Assembly: GCA_004357475.1 (NCBI GenBank)
Contig: SMWE01000032.1
Coordinates: forward strand, 9,594-73,593
Direction: 5' to 3'
Source of the DNA: Gammaproteobacteria bacterium
GTDB taxonomy: Bacteria > Pseudomonadota > Gammaproteobacteria > Steroidobacterales > Woeseiaceae
DNA length: 64,000 nucleotides
Shown here in pieces: positions 18,094 to 27,046 of the stretch. Positions within the stretch are counted from its first letter, which is position 1, and each line of letters opens with the position of its first letter. Under the pieces are notes generated by a model. The model was not told where the DNA came from and did no database searches. It was given only the letters and a program-made list of their open reading frames with translations. A program made the position numbers and the translations under genes.

Positions 18094-19877
18094 CAGTAAA
18101 CCCGGGCCGCCGGCGGGATCGCCTCGACCTCGTCCGTCAATGTGTTCTGATGCACAGACCGGTAGTCGAAGGACACCGTGCCGTCCCGGGCGATCCACGA
18201 TAAGGTGTGCTTCATCCAGTTATCGTCGTCCCTGTGCGGATAATCCTCGCGTGCGTGTGCGCCCCGGCTTTCGAGCCGGTTCGCCGCGGAATTGATGGTG
18301 GTCATCGCGTTAAGCAGCAAATTCTCGAGCTCCAGTGTCTCTATCAGGTCTGTATTCCAGATAAGCGAACGATCGGAAACATGAACATCTGCAAAGCTAT
18401 CATAAGTCTTGCGCAGTAATGCAGCACCTTCTGTCAGCGTCTCCCCGGTGCGGAAAACGGCGGCGTGGTTCTGCATGATTCTCTGCATCTCGAGGCGGAT
18501 TTCGGAAGTCGGCCGTGAGCCATGCGCGTTTCTTACTGCATCGATTCTGGCGACGCTGTTATGTCCGGCATCCTCAGGCAGGTTGGCGTGACGCGCGCCT
18601 GGTTGCATGGTTTCAGCGCAGAAATGAGCCGCCGAGCGTCCGAACACGACCAGGTCAAGCAGCGAGTTCGAACCGAGACGATTCGCACCATGCACCGATA
18701 CACAGGCTGCTTCACCGACCGCCATCAGCCCCGGCACAGCCGACTCGGCATCGCCATCTTTTGCTATCACTACCTGGCCGTTAACGTTTGCCGGTACGCC
18801 GCCCATGTTGTAGTGCACTGTAGGCAGTACCGGTATTGGCGCCTTGGTGACATCGACTCCCGCGAAAATTCGTGCGGATTCCGCGATGCCCGGAAGACGT
18901 TCATCGATCACTTCCGGACCAAGGTGCTCCAGGTGCAGGAAGATATGATCTTTTTCTGCACCGACACCCCGACCTTCGCGGATTTCGATCGTCATCGAGC
19001 GGCTGACAACATCTCGCGAGGCGAGGTCTTTCGCATTGGGCGCATAACGTTCCATGAATCGTTCGCCATCCGAATTCGTAAGATAGCCACCTTCGCCACG
19101 GACCCCCTCGGTAATCAACATCCCGGCGCCGTAGATGCCCGTTGGGTGAAATTGCACGAACTCCATGTCCTGCAACGGCAACCCGGCACGCAGCGCCATG
19201 GCATTACCATCGCCGGTACAGGTATGTGCCGAGGTGCAGGAGAAATAGGCCCGGCCGTAGCCGCCTGTCGCAAGGATGACCTGGTGCGAGCGAAAGCGAT
19301 GCAGTCTGCCGGTCGCGAGATCAATGGCAACGACGCCGCGGCAGGCGCCGTCCTCCATGATTAAATCGATGGCGAAGTATTCGATGTAGAACCCGGCATT
19401 GTGCTTCAGCGATTGTTGATACAGGGCATGCAGCATCGCGTGACCGGTCCGATCCGCCGCGGCACAAGTACGCTGCGCTGTGCCCTCGCCAAAATGCGTG
19501 GTCATGGCGCCGAACGGCCGCTGATAAATCCGGCCATCCTCGGTGCGCGAGAACGGAACGCCATAGTGCTCCAGTTCGATGACCGCATCTGCGGCCTCTT
19601 TACACATATATTCAATGGCATCCTGATCGCCCAGCCAGTCCGCGCCTTTGACGGTGTCGTACATGTGCCAGCGCCAGTCATCCTGGCCCATGTTGCCAAG
19701 GGCCGCACTGATTCCGCCCTGCGCCGCGACGGTATGGCTCCTGGTCGGGAATACCTTGGTGATACAGGCCATCGTGAAACCCGCTTCGGCCAGGCCAACG
19801 GTTGCGCGCAACCCGGCGCCGCCGGCGCCGATGACGACAACGTCGTAACTATGATCGATAAAGTCGTAGTCGCTCAT
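18093..19877 (-). CDS. sdhA: Succinate dehydrogenase flavoprotein subunit
   Basis: [23 protein letters not shown] (FAD-linking His) and HGANRLG blocks. 594 aa. Confidence 0.97.
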   Translation of the reverse strand: MSDYDFIDHSYDVVVIGAGGAGLRATVGLAEAGFTMACITKVFPTRSHTVAAQGGISAALGNMGQDDWRWHMYDTVKGADWLGDQDAIEYMCKEAADAVIELEHYGVPFSRTEDGRIYQRPFGAMTTHFGEGTAQRTCAAADRTGHAMLHALYQQSLKHNAGFYIEYFAIDLIMEDGACRGVVAIDLATGRLHRFRSHQVILATGGYGRAYFSCTSAHTCTGDGNAMALRAGLPLQDMEFVQFHPTGIYGAGMLITEGVRGEGGYLTNSDGERFMERYAPNAKDLASRDVVSRSMTIEIREGRGVGAEKDHIFLHLEHLGPEVIDERLPGIAESARIFAGVDVTKAPIPVLPTVHYNMGGVPANVNGQVVIAKDGDAESAVPGLMAVGEAACVSVHGANRLGSNSLLDLVVFGRSAAHFCAETMQPGARHANLPEDAGHNSVARIDAVRNAHGSRPTSEIRLEMQRIMQNHAAVFRTGETLTEGAALLRKTYDSFADVHVSDRSLIWNTDLIETLELENLLLNAMTTINSAANRLESRGAHAREDYPHRDDDNWMKHTLSWIARDGTVSFDYRSVHQNTLTDEVEAIPPAARVY

Positions 19878-20260
19878 CAGGCGCCGCCCAGGGCAATCTT
19901 AAGAACCGCGACGACTGCCACGACCGCCAGGAATACATGAGCGAATCGATTCAGCAGCAGCGACACCACTTTAATAAACGCACCGTGCACATAGTCTTCA
20001 AGCACCACCTGCACGCCGAGTGCGGAATGATAGGCAAGCGTGACAGTCAATAATAACAACATGACGCTGTTGAACGGCCGGCCTGCCCAATCGAGCATTG
20101 CGACATGTGCAAAGCTGTCGAGGCGCGTGAGCGAATAAAGGAACCAGCTGCCAAGAATAAGCAGGGCGACCGCCGTTACCCGCTGCGACCACCAGTGCCC
20201 GGTACCGTCTCTGGCCGATCCTGAACCCAGCACTTGTCCCAATGGCGAACGCAGACTCAA
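19877..20260 (-). CDS. sdhD: Succinate dehydrogenase membrane anchor subunit
   Basis: Three-TM hydrophobic protein between sdhC and sdhA. Motif [12 protein letters not shown] is typical. Confidence 0.85.
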   Translation of the reverse strand: MSLRSPLGQVLGSGSARDGTGHWWSQRVTAVALLILGSWFLYSLTRLDSFAHVAMLDWAGRPFNSVMLLLLTVTLAYHSALGVQVVLEDYVHGAFIKVVSLLLNRFAHVFLAVVAVVAVLKIALGGA

Positions 20261-20658
20261 ACCAGGCTCCCCGAATCCTGAAACAGCAGCCAGTACACGA
20301 CGGTCATAAGCATCGTCGCGACCAGGACCAACCAGGCCGACGCATTGGCCTGGCGCACCTCGAAACCGATGCCGGCATCCCAGAAGAGGTGTCGGACTCC
20401 GTTTGAGAAGTGAAAAAAGAACGCAATACTCCAGCCGAGCAACGCCAGCTTGCCGATGATCGTGTCCATCCAGCCGGCCACGACTTCATAAGAGGCCGCA
20501 CCGAAGGCGATGGACTGCAGCCACACCACAAACGCGATCAGGCCAACAGATAACGCCACACCCGTCGCACGGTGCAGGATGGACAGCGTCATCGTAATGG
20601 GCCAGCGATAAATCGACAGATGTGGCGAGAGCGGCCTGCTCGTATTATTCATCCGCAT
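20257..20658 (-). CDS. sdhC: Succinate dehydrogenase cytochrome b556 subunit
   Basis: RPLSPHLSIYRWPITM...HR is the canonical SdhC N-terminus. Has a 4-nt overlap with sdhD. Confidence 0.88.
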   Translation of the reverse strand: MRMNNTSRPLSPHLSIYRWPITMTLSILHRATGVALSVGLIAFVVWLQSIAFGAASYEVVAGWMDTIIGKLALLGWSIAFFFHFSNGVRHLFWDAGIGFEVRQANASAWLVLVATMLMTVVYWLLFQDSGSLV

Positions 20659-20673
20659 TACCGGAGTTCGACA

Positions 20674-20862
20674 TCAAAAGTCGATGCAACGGCCGGCTTT
20701 TTCCCAGTCGCCATAGCGCGTGGGATCCAGCCCTCCCCTGCCGCCGATTTCCTTGTCCCGAACGACCTCCCGTTGCTGCGCGTCCGGAGCACTTCGCCCG
20801 GGGGAATCAGCGTCCGCTTCGTTGCCTGCCGGGGTTTTACTGGTATCTTCAACCATTCGCAA
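20674..20862 (-). CDS. DUF1674-family small protein (SDHAF4/Sdh8-like)
   Basis: C-terminus EIGGRGGLDPTRYGDWEKAGRCIDF matches the family-defining motif (..GGxxGxEPTRYGDWExKGrxxDF). Stop codon lies 16 nt upstream of the sdhC start, on the same strand. Confidence 0.85.
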   Translation of the reverse strand: MRMVEDTSKTPAGNEADADSPGRSAPDAQQREVVRDKEIGGRGGLDPTRYGDWEKAGRCIDF

Positions 20863-20898
20863 AGTATGCCAGAGTGTGCGACCAGATACAGGATGTAA

Positions 20899-21783
20899 AT
20901 GAAGGTCGGAGTCTGCGCTTGCCGGGGTGACAATTTGTACGAACTAATCCAGATTCGTGGAAACGATGCGGGGGAATTGCTGCAGGGTCAGCTGACACAG
21001 GATATTACAGATCTTGAAGCAGCGCTCAGTCTCCCGGCGGCATGGTGCAATGCCAAGGGCCGGGTCATCACCCTGCTGCGCCTGCTGGCGTTGCAGGATT
21101 CGATTGGCCTGGTGGTGCCGGCCTCACTCGTCGACGCCGTCGTGCAAAAACTCACCCTGTATCGACTTCGGTCCGACGTCAGCATTGAACGGGTGGATGA
21201 GGGCTGGGCCTCAATCGCGGTCGGCGACACGGATGCCTTCGACCGGCTGGACGCTGCCGGCCTGTTGCCGGACGCCGATTGCGCACGCTCAGCTCATGGG
21301 CTGATTGCCGTGGATTACTCTGCCGCCGATCGTTTTATTGAAATCTTTGGATCGAGCGACGCCTTCAGCAGCGCCGGGCTGGGACTAGAGTCGACTTTGT
21401 CGGATGAGCAGTGCGCAACTATGAAAATTCGCGCCGGGCTCGCGGATATCACATCGGAAAACACCGAGAAATTTACACCGCACATGCTGAATCTCGACCG
21501 CGTCGGCGCAATCAGTTTTGACAAAGGATGCTATACCGGCCAGGAAGTCGTCGCGCGCACGGAACACCTGGGTCAGAGCAAAAGACGCCTGATGCACTAT
21601 CGATGCGATGCACGTCATATTGCGATCGGAGACAAACTATCCGATGATGAGCGTGACGTCGGCAGCGTGGTGAATATCTCGGGCAAGGACCTGCTCGCCG
21701 TCACGCCGGTCGCACTGCATGACCGGTCACTGACTATTAACGACGCAACCGCGACCCCGGTTCCTCTGCCTTACCGGTTGTAA
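20899..21783 (+). CDS. ygfZ: Folate-binding tRNA-modification/Fe-S protein YgfZ
   Basis: GNDAGELLQGQLTQDI near the N-terminus and KGCYTGQEVVART signature. The start is uncertain. The ATG at 20899 is only 36 nt from the divergent DUF1674 start, and an in-frame TTG at 20935 gives a more typical N-terminus. Confidence 0.85.
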   Translation: MKVGVCACRGDNLYELIQIRGNDAGELLQGQLTQDITDLEAALSLPAAWCNAKGRVITLLRLLALQDSIGLVVPASLVDAVVQKLTLYRLRSDVSIERVDEGWASIAVGDTDAFDRLDAAGLLPDADCARSAHGLIAVDYSAADRFIEIFGSSDAFSSAGLGLESTLSDEQCATMKIRAGLADITSENTEKFTPHMLNLDRVGAISFDKGCYTGQEVVARTEHLGQSKRRLMHYRCDARHIAIGDKLSDDERDVGSVVNISGKDLLAVTPVALHDRSLTINDATATPVPLPYRL

Positions 21784-21818
21784 TCATCGTCATTCGAGAC
21801 AGCTCCGCTGATTTAATA

Positions 21819-22376
21819 ATGGCCATCAGACCGCGGACAAGAACAGGTTTACGATTCACCTTGTTCGTCGTCATCGCGGCTTTCAGCAGTCTGGACTGTA
21901 ACGCTGAGTCAAACAAGGGCAAGCAGGCTGATGCACTGATGCTGGCGCTACCCGCGGGCGCATACTTGCTGACGTCGAACAAACAGGACAAACGGGGAGC
22001 GTGGGCGCTCACGAAATCGCTGACCCTGTCAACAATCAGCGCGCTTGCGCTGAATACGATCGTCGACAAAGATGCACCCAACGGCAGCAGCAGCCACGCG
22101 TTCCCGTCCGGGCACGCAGCAATCGCTTTCGCTTCGGCCACGTTCGTACAGAGACGGTATGGCTGGCGCCCGGGGATACCCGCGTACCTGGTAGCCGCTT
22201 ACGTCGGTTGGCTGCGCATCGAAACCGACGATCATGATACCGCCGACATCATCGGCGGCATGGCCGTCGGCATCACCTCCTCGTACCTGCTGACCAGGCC
22301 GCTTGATGATGGCGTCCGTGTAACGGCGTGGAGCGACGGGAAATCGGCGGGGCTGCAAATTCAGGTTCGATGGTGA
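21819..22376 (+). CDS. PAP2-superfamily phosphatase (small, signal-peptide bearing)
   Basis: PSGH motif and R-x5-H-x3-D motif (LRIETDDHDTAD) of acid phosphatase/PAP2 enzymes, plus an N-terminal hydrophobic leader. Confidence 0.75.
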   Translation: MAIRPRTRTGLRFTLFVVIAAFSSLDCNAESNKGKQADALMLALPAGAYLLTSNKQDKRGAWALTKSLTLSTISALALNTIVDKDAPNGSSSHAFPSGHAAIAFASATFVQRRYGWRPGIPAYLVAAYVGWLRIETDDHDTADIIGGMAVGITSSYLLTRPLDDGVRVTAWSDGKSAGLQIQVRW

Positions 22377-22629
22377 ATGCATCTGTTGCCGGTTGACGCA
22401 GCGCCGTCAGGATTTATCCGTACCTATTGACGCGGCGCGACGCAACTGCCGTGGTTGCGGCGCTACAAACTGTGATTCTGTTGTGCGTTGCACAACTGGT
22501 AGAAATTTGCTTCCGAAAAAACTCTGCAAATTGCCACATGATTTTCACAAAACGAGAATAGCGTTACAATTAGCATCACCATTCGCACAAAAACAAGCAA
22601 ACTGTGCCATTCATTGGGCACACAACTAT

Positions 22630-23595
22630 ATGGATAAGGCGATCATGGAACTCTTCAAATCGTTCATCAGCACCATGGCCTACGCATCGCTCGGATTTTC
22701 TGTTGCAGCCGCGTATCTGAAAATCAATAAAATATGGAAAAGAAAACATATCGCTGAAGTTGCCGACAGTGTTTCGATCATGGGAAATGTTTTCGATATT
22801 ATTCCGCTGTCATTTTTTGCCCTCAACTTTCTGTTCGTTGCTCAGTGGCAAGGCATGATTGACAGCATAATCTGGATATTTGCCGGCGTACTTTCGGTTC
22901 TCATCGGTTCTCGCCTGTGGGTACAGGTCGACCGAAACAAGACATTCTGGACGCGGGTAAAGGAAGCCTTAAAGCTTGAGAAATCTGAAGTAGGCTACCT
23001 CGCAACATCATTTTTTCGACCATCCGGCGGCGAATTAATTCTGGAGATTTTTGCGCGGTTCGCCTATATCGATCAGGATCTGGCCGACCGCGAAAAAGAG
23101 TTGATTCAATCATTCGCCGATACCTGGCACCTCGATATTGACTGGGAACAACACAAGAAACTGGCGGAGCTGGAGCAGTCAGTCAGTTTCATCAAGACGC
23201 GAGACACGGTGGCGCGTTACCTGAAAACATCGCCACCTGCTGAACAGGTAGCGCAATTGATCGATGTGCTCCACGCGCTCGTAAAGGTTGATGAAAACGT
23301 TTCCGACCAGGAGGCGTTGATCCTCGGTGAAGTGCACCAATTTCTTCTCAGTTATATGGATGAGTCCAACATTGAAGCGAAATTCACCGTCCTCATCGCG
23401 CCGCAAAATCGCGATCAGGACACAGCCATCGCCGCGCTCCTGCCCAACATCGAGAAAATTGCAGTTGCAGGCGGGTCCGGCTACCTGGTTGGATCCTACT
23501 ATTCCCAAGACTTTGCGGAGGTCATCTGTGATCAGTATCGTGCGCTCGGGTTCCTCACCATAGACCTGGTAGGCGATGCCACCGGCATAGCCTGA
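22630..23595 (+). CDS. Hypothetical membrane protein with a central TerB-like domain
   Basis: About 90 aa with 3 predicted TM helices (a PQ-loop-like stretch AYLKINKIWKRKHIAEVADSVS). Next comes a TerB/DjlA-N-like helical region (EIFARFAYIDQDLADREKELIQSFA...LIDVLHALVKVDENVSDQEALILGEV), then an unassigned ~90-aa C-terminal domain. Start set at the ATG at 22630, because the ORF-track extension from 22393 runs through an AT-rich non-coding-looking leader. Confidence 0.55.
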   Translation: MDKAIMELFKSFISTMAYASLGFSVAAAYLKINKIWKRKHIAEVADSVSIMGNVFDIIPLSFFALNFLFVAQWQGMIDSIIWIFAGVLSVLIGSRLWVQVDRNKTFWTRVKEALKLEKSEVGYLATSFFRPSGGELILEIFARFAYIDQDLADREKELIQSFADTWHLDIDWEQHKKLAELEQSVSFIKTRDTVARYLKTSPPAEQVAQLIDVLHALVKVDENVSDQEALILGEVHQFLLSYMDESNIEAKFTVLIAPQNRDQDTAIAALLPNIEKIAVAGGSGYLVGSYYSQDFAEVICDQYRALGFLTIDLVGDATGIA

Positions 23596-23661
23596 TTAAA
23601 CCTGGTACAAGATTGTCGTGGCTGGATCGCAGTATGATAATAAGTATGTGGGCTGAGAAAA

Positions 23662-24369
23662 ATGCGAATTCTTTCCGTCATTCCTGGATTGGTTTCAGTG
23701 TTCATGCCGGCCTTGTCCGTCTCGGCTGATAGTCAGGTTCAACAGGAGCCGTTGCAAATCGACCACCTGGTCATCGGAGTCGCAGATCTGGACGCAGGCG
23801 TCAGGGAATTCGAGGAGCTGACCGGGGTCCGTCCTGCGTATGGTGGCGAACATCCGGACAGGGGGACGCATAACGCACTGGTCAGCCTCGGAGAGCGGAC
23901 CTATCTGGAGCTTCTCGCGCCACGGCCAGGTGCCAACGTCACGGAATCTCTACGCTTCCTCGCTGAGCTAGCGGAGCTCACGCCGGTGATGTGGGCAGTG
24001 TCTACTGATGACATCACGCAGACCGCGGCTCGACTCGCCAGCGCTGGCTATGAAGTTACCGAACCGGTTCCGGGTTCGCGGCGGCAGAAGAACGGGTCGA
24101 CACTCCATTGGACCGTTTTCGACCTGGCGGCCCCGGATCTTGCTGGAGCACCTTTCTTCATCGAATGGGGTGAGGCATCGGTCCACCCTTCCGAATCCTC
24201 ACCGGGCGGCTGTGAACTCGGGTCGCTCGAGATCAAAGACCCGGGAGCAGATCAACTGCAAGGGCTTATCCAGCTGCTGGGCCTGAATATCGACGTGGAA
24301 CAAGCGCTAAATTCGTTGCTTACGATTGTGCTTCATTGTCCGCACGGCGAAATACGCTTGGGACGGTGA
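23662..24369 (+). CDS. Secreted VOC/glyoxalase-like-domain protein
   Basis: Signal peptide (MRILSVIPGLVSVFMPALSVSA) and IDHLVIGVADLD...THNALVSLGERTYLELLAP, typical of the glyoxalase-like (VOC) fold. Confidence 0.65.
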   Translation: MRILSVIPGLVSVFMPALSVSADSQVQQEPLQIDHLVIGVADLDAGVREFEELTGVRPAYGGEHPDRGTHNALVSLGERTYLELLAPRPGANVTESLRFLAELAELTPVMWAVSTDDITQTAARLASAGYEVTEPVPGSRRQKNGSTLHWTVFDLAAPDLAGAPFFIEWGEASVHPSESSPGGCELGSLEIKDPGADQLQGLIQLLGLNIDVEQALNSLLTIVLHCPHGEIRLGR

Positions 24370-24396
24370 ATATCCCTCATGACCGAGCTTGATCAA

Positions 24397-25902
24397 CTAG
24401 TCAAACACTTCCGGGCGCATATGGGGAAATAGCAATACGTCCCTGATCGAAGGCGAATCCGTGAACAGCATGACCAGCCGGTCGATTCCAAGACCCAGTC
24501 CGGCACACGGTGGCAGACCGTATTCCAGCGCGCGGATGTAGTCCGCATCGAAAACCAGCGCCTCGTCGTCACCGGCCGTCCGGTTTTCGGCCTGTGCCCT
24601 GAAGCGCTCCTCCTGGTCTTCCGAATCATTCAATTCCGAGAATCCGTTGGCGATTTCCCGTCCGCCGATAAATAACTCGAAGCGATCCGTTACAAACGGA
24701 TCCTCATCATTTTTGCGTGCCAGCGGAGAAACCTCGGTCGGATAACGGACAATAAACGCAGGCTGCCGCAACCGGTCTTCGCAGGTCTTCTCGAATATCT
24801 CGATTTGCAGCTTGCCGCTTTGATAGTTGTCCTCGACTTTGATACCGAGCTTTTCCGCGACCGGCACCAGGTACTCCCGGTCGCGGATCCTGGCCTGGTC
24901 GATGTCCGGATTGAACCTGGCGATTACTTCTTCGACGGTTATTCGCGCGAACGGTTTGTCGAAATTATAAGTCTCGCCCTGATAGGTCACTGACTTCTCG
25001 CCAAGCACCGCCTGCGACAAACCTTTCAAAAGTGCCTCGATCATAACGATGAGGTCTTCGTAATCAGCGTAGGCCCGATACAACTCGAGCATCGTGAATT
25101 CGGGATTATGCTGGGTGGACACGCCTTCGTTACGAAAATTGCGATTGATTTCGTAAACACGCTCGAATCCGCCGACGGTGAGACGCTTCAGATTGAGTTC
25201 GGGTGCGACCCGCAGGTAAAGCGACATGTCGAGTGCATTGTGATGGGTCGTAAACGGCCTCGCGATCGCGCCGCCTGGCGTTGTCTGCATCATCGGTGTT
25301 TCGACTTCGAGGTAATCCTGGGAGTCCAGGAATGCGCGAATGTAGGTGATGATTTGCGAACGCCTTTTGAATACGTTACGCGTGTCTTCATTCATGATCA
25401 GGTCGACGTAGCGCTGCCGATAACGAATCTCCTGGTCGGCAAGCCCATGAAATTTTTCGGGCAATGGTCGCAAAGACTTTGTCAGCAAACGCAGTTCGTC
25501 GGCCATCACCGTTAATTCGCCGGTCCTGGTCTTGAACAGGGTCCCTGATGCACCAAGGATGTCGCCGACATCCCATTTCTTGAATTCCTGGTACAAGCCC
25601 TCGCGCAACCGGTCCCGCTCCAGACGCAGCTGTATCTGACCGGTTCGGTCCTGCAACTTGATAAAGCTCGCTTTGCCCATTACGCGCTTGACCATCATGC
25701 GGCCGGCAACGGTCACACGAATTGCTTGCCCCCGCAGATGCTCGTCTTCGTGCTTGCCGTAGCTCTGATGTACCTCGTCCGCCAGGGCATTCCTGCGAAA
25801 ATCATTCGGGTAGGGATTGCCGGATGCACGCAACGCAGTCAGCTTGCGCCGGCGCTCGGCGATCAGTTCGTTCTCGTCCCGTTTGTCCTTTCCTGCACTC
25901 AC
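24397..25902 (-). CDS. lysS: Lysine--tRNA ligase (class II)
   Basis: OB-fold N-terminus and class II motifs ([28 protein letters not shown]). prfB-lysS operon arrangement. Confidence 0.97.
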   Translation of the reverse strand: MSAGKDKRDENELIAERRRKLTALRASGNPYPNDFRRNALADEVHQSYGKHEDEHLRGQAIRVTVAGRMMVKRVMGKASFIKLQDRTGQIQLRLERDRLREGLYQEFKKWDVGDILGASGTLFKTRTGELTVMADELRLLTKSLRPLPEKFHGLADQEIRYRQRYVDLIMNEDTRNVFKRRSQIITYIRAFLDSQDYLEVETPMMQTTPGGAIARPFTTHHNALDMSLYLRVAPELNLKRLTVGGFERVYEINRNFRNEGVSTQHNPEFTMLELYRAYADYEDLIVMIEALLKGLSQAVLGEKSVTYQGETYNFDKPFARITVEEVIARFNPDIDQARIRDREYLVPVAEKLGIKVEDNYQSGKLQIEIFEKTCEDRLRQPAFIVRYPTEVSPLARKNDEDPFVTDRFELFIGGREIANGFSELNDSEDQEERFRAQAENRTAGDDEALVFDADYIRALEYGLPPCAGLGLGIDRLVMLFTDSPSIRDVLLFPHMRPEVFD

Positions 25903-26998
25903 TTAAAGTCCCTGCTTGAGGCTTGCCTCAATAAATTCGTCCAGCCCGCCATCCAATACAGCCTGAGTGTTACCGGTTTCAATGTTGGTACGCAAATCCT
26001 TGATGCGGCTCTGATCGAGTACATAGTTGCGAATCTGGCTGCCCCAGCCGACGTCGGACTTGCTGTCTTCCACTTCCAGAGCTTTTGCACGACGATTCTG
26101 CAACTCCAGTTCATAGAGTTTCGCATTTAATTGCTTCATCGCCGTCGCCTTGTTTTTGTGTTGCGACCTGTCGTTCTGGCACTGGACAACTATGTTCGTC
26201 GGTAAATGCGTAATGCGCACCGCAGATTCTGTGCGGTTGACGTGCTGGCCGCCGGCGCCGCTGGCCCGATAGACATCGATCCTGAGGTCCGACGGATTGA
26301 CGTCGACGTCGATGTCGTCATTCACTTCGGGCGAAACAAATACCGATGCGAACGACGTATGACGCCGGTTCCCGGAATCGAACGGAGATTTCCGCACCAG
26401 CCGATGTACACCGGTCTCGGTGCGCAACCAGCCGTAGGCGAATTCGCCTGAAATCAGGATGGTCGCACTTTTGATTCCGGCAACCTCGCCGGCGGATGCC
26501 TCGATGATCTCCGTCTTGAAATCGTGCGACTCGGCCCAGCGCAGATACATCCTCAGGAGCATGTTCGCCCAATCCTGGGCTTCGGTGCCGCCGGCGCCGG
26601 ATTGAATGTCGAGGAACGCGTTGCTGTTATCGAGCTCACCTGAAAACATGCGGCGAAATTCAAGCGAATCAATCTCGATTTCGAAGCCCTTGAGATCGGA
26701 CACGAGCGCATCCAGCGTGTCGCTATCGTCCTCTTCCACGACGAGTTCCAGCAGGTCGCCGGCATCTGCAAGGCCTCGTGTCAGCGTATCCAGGGTTGCA
26801 ACAATCTTCTCGAGCTGCGAGCGTTCCTGGCCAAGAGCCTGGGCACGCTCGGGTTGGTCCCAGACATCGGGTTGTTCGAGCTCGCGCTGGACCTCGGTCA
26901 GGCGTTCAGCCTGGGTGTCGTAGTCAAAGATACCCCCTTAACGCGGTCACGCGTTCCGTGAGGTCAGAGATGGTCTGCCTGATCTGGCCGGTTTCCAT
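25903..26998 (-). CDS. prfB: Peptide chain release factor 2, requiring a programmed +1 frameshift at codon 25
   Basis: Frame 0: ATG at 26998 ...AGG GGG TAT CTT TGA (stop 26926-26924). The +1 frame continues GAC TAC GAC... to the stop at 25903. Contains the SPF and GGQ (SGAGGQHVN) motifs. The joined product is about 364 aa. Confidence 0.95.
26923..26938 (-). other. prfB +1 ribosomal frameshift cassette
   Basis: Minus strand AGGGGGTATCTTTGAC contains an internal SD-like AGGGGG, a 3-nt spacer and the slippery CTT followed by TGA C. It is identical in architecture to the E. coli prfB site. Confidence 0.9.
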
Positions 26999-27046
26999 TG
27001 ACGTTCGCAAGCTGTTTCAAAAAGACGCGGGATGTTATCACGACAG

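Noticed and set aside
20658-20933. 91-aa minus-strand ORF overlapping the DUF1674 ORF in another frame
   Set aside because: It has no recognisable motif. The competing frame carries the diagnostic DUF1674 C-terminal motif and a sensible junction with sdhC.
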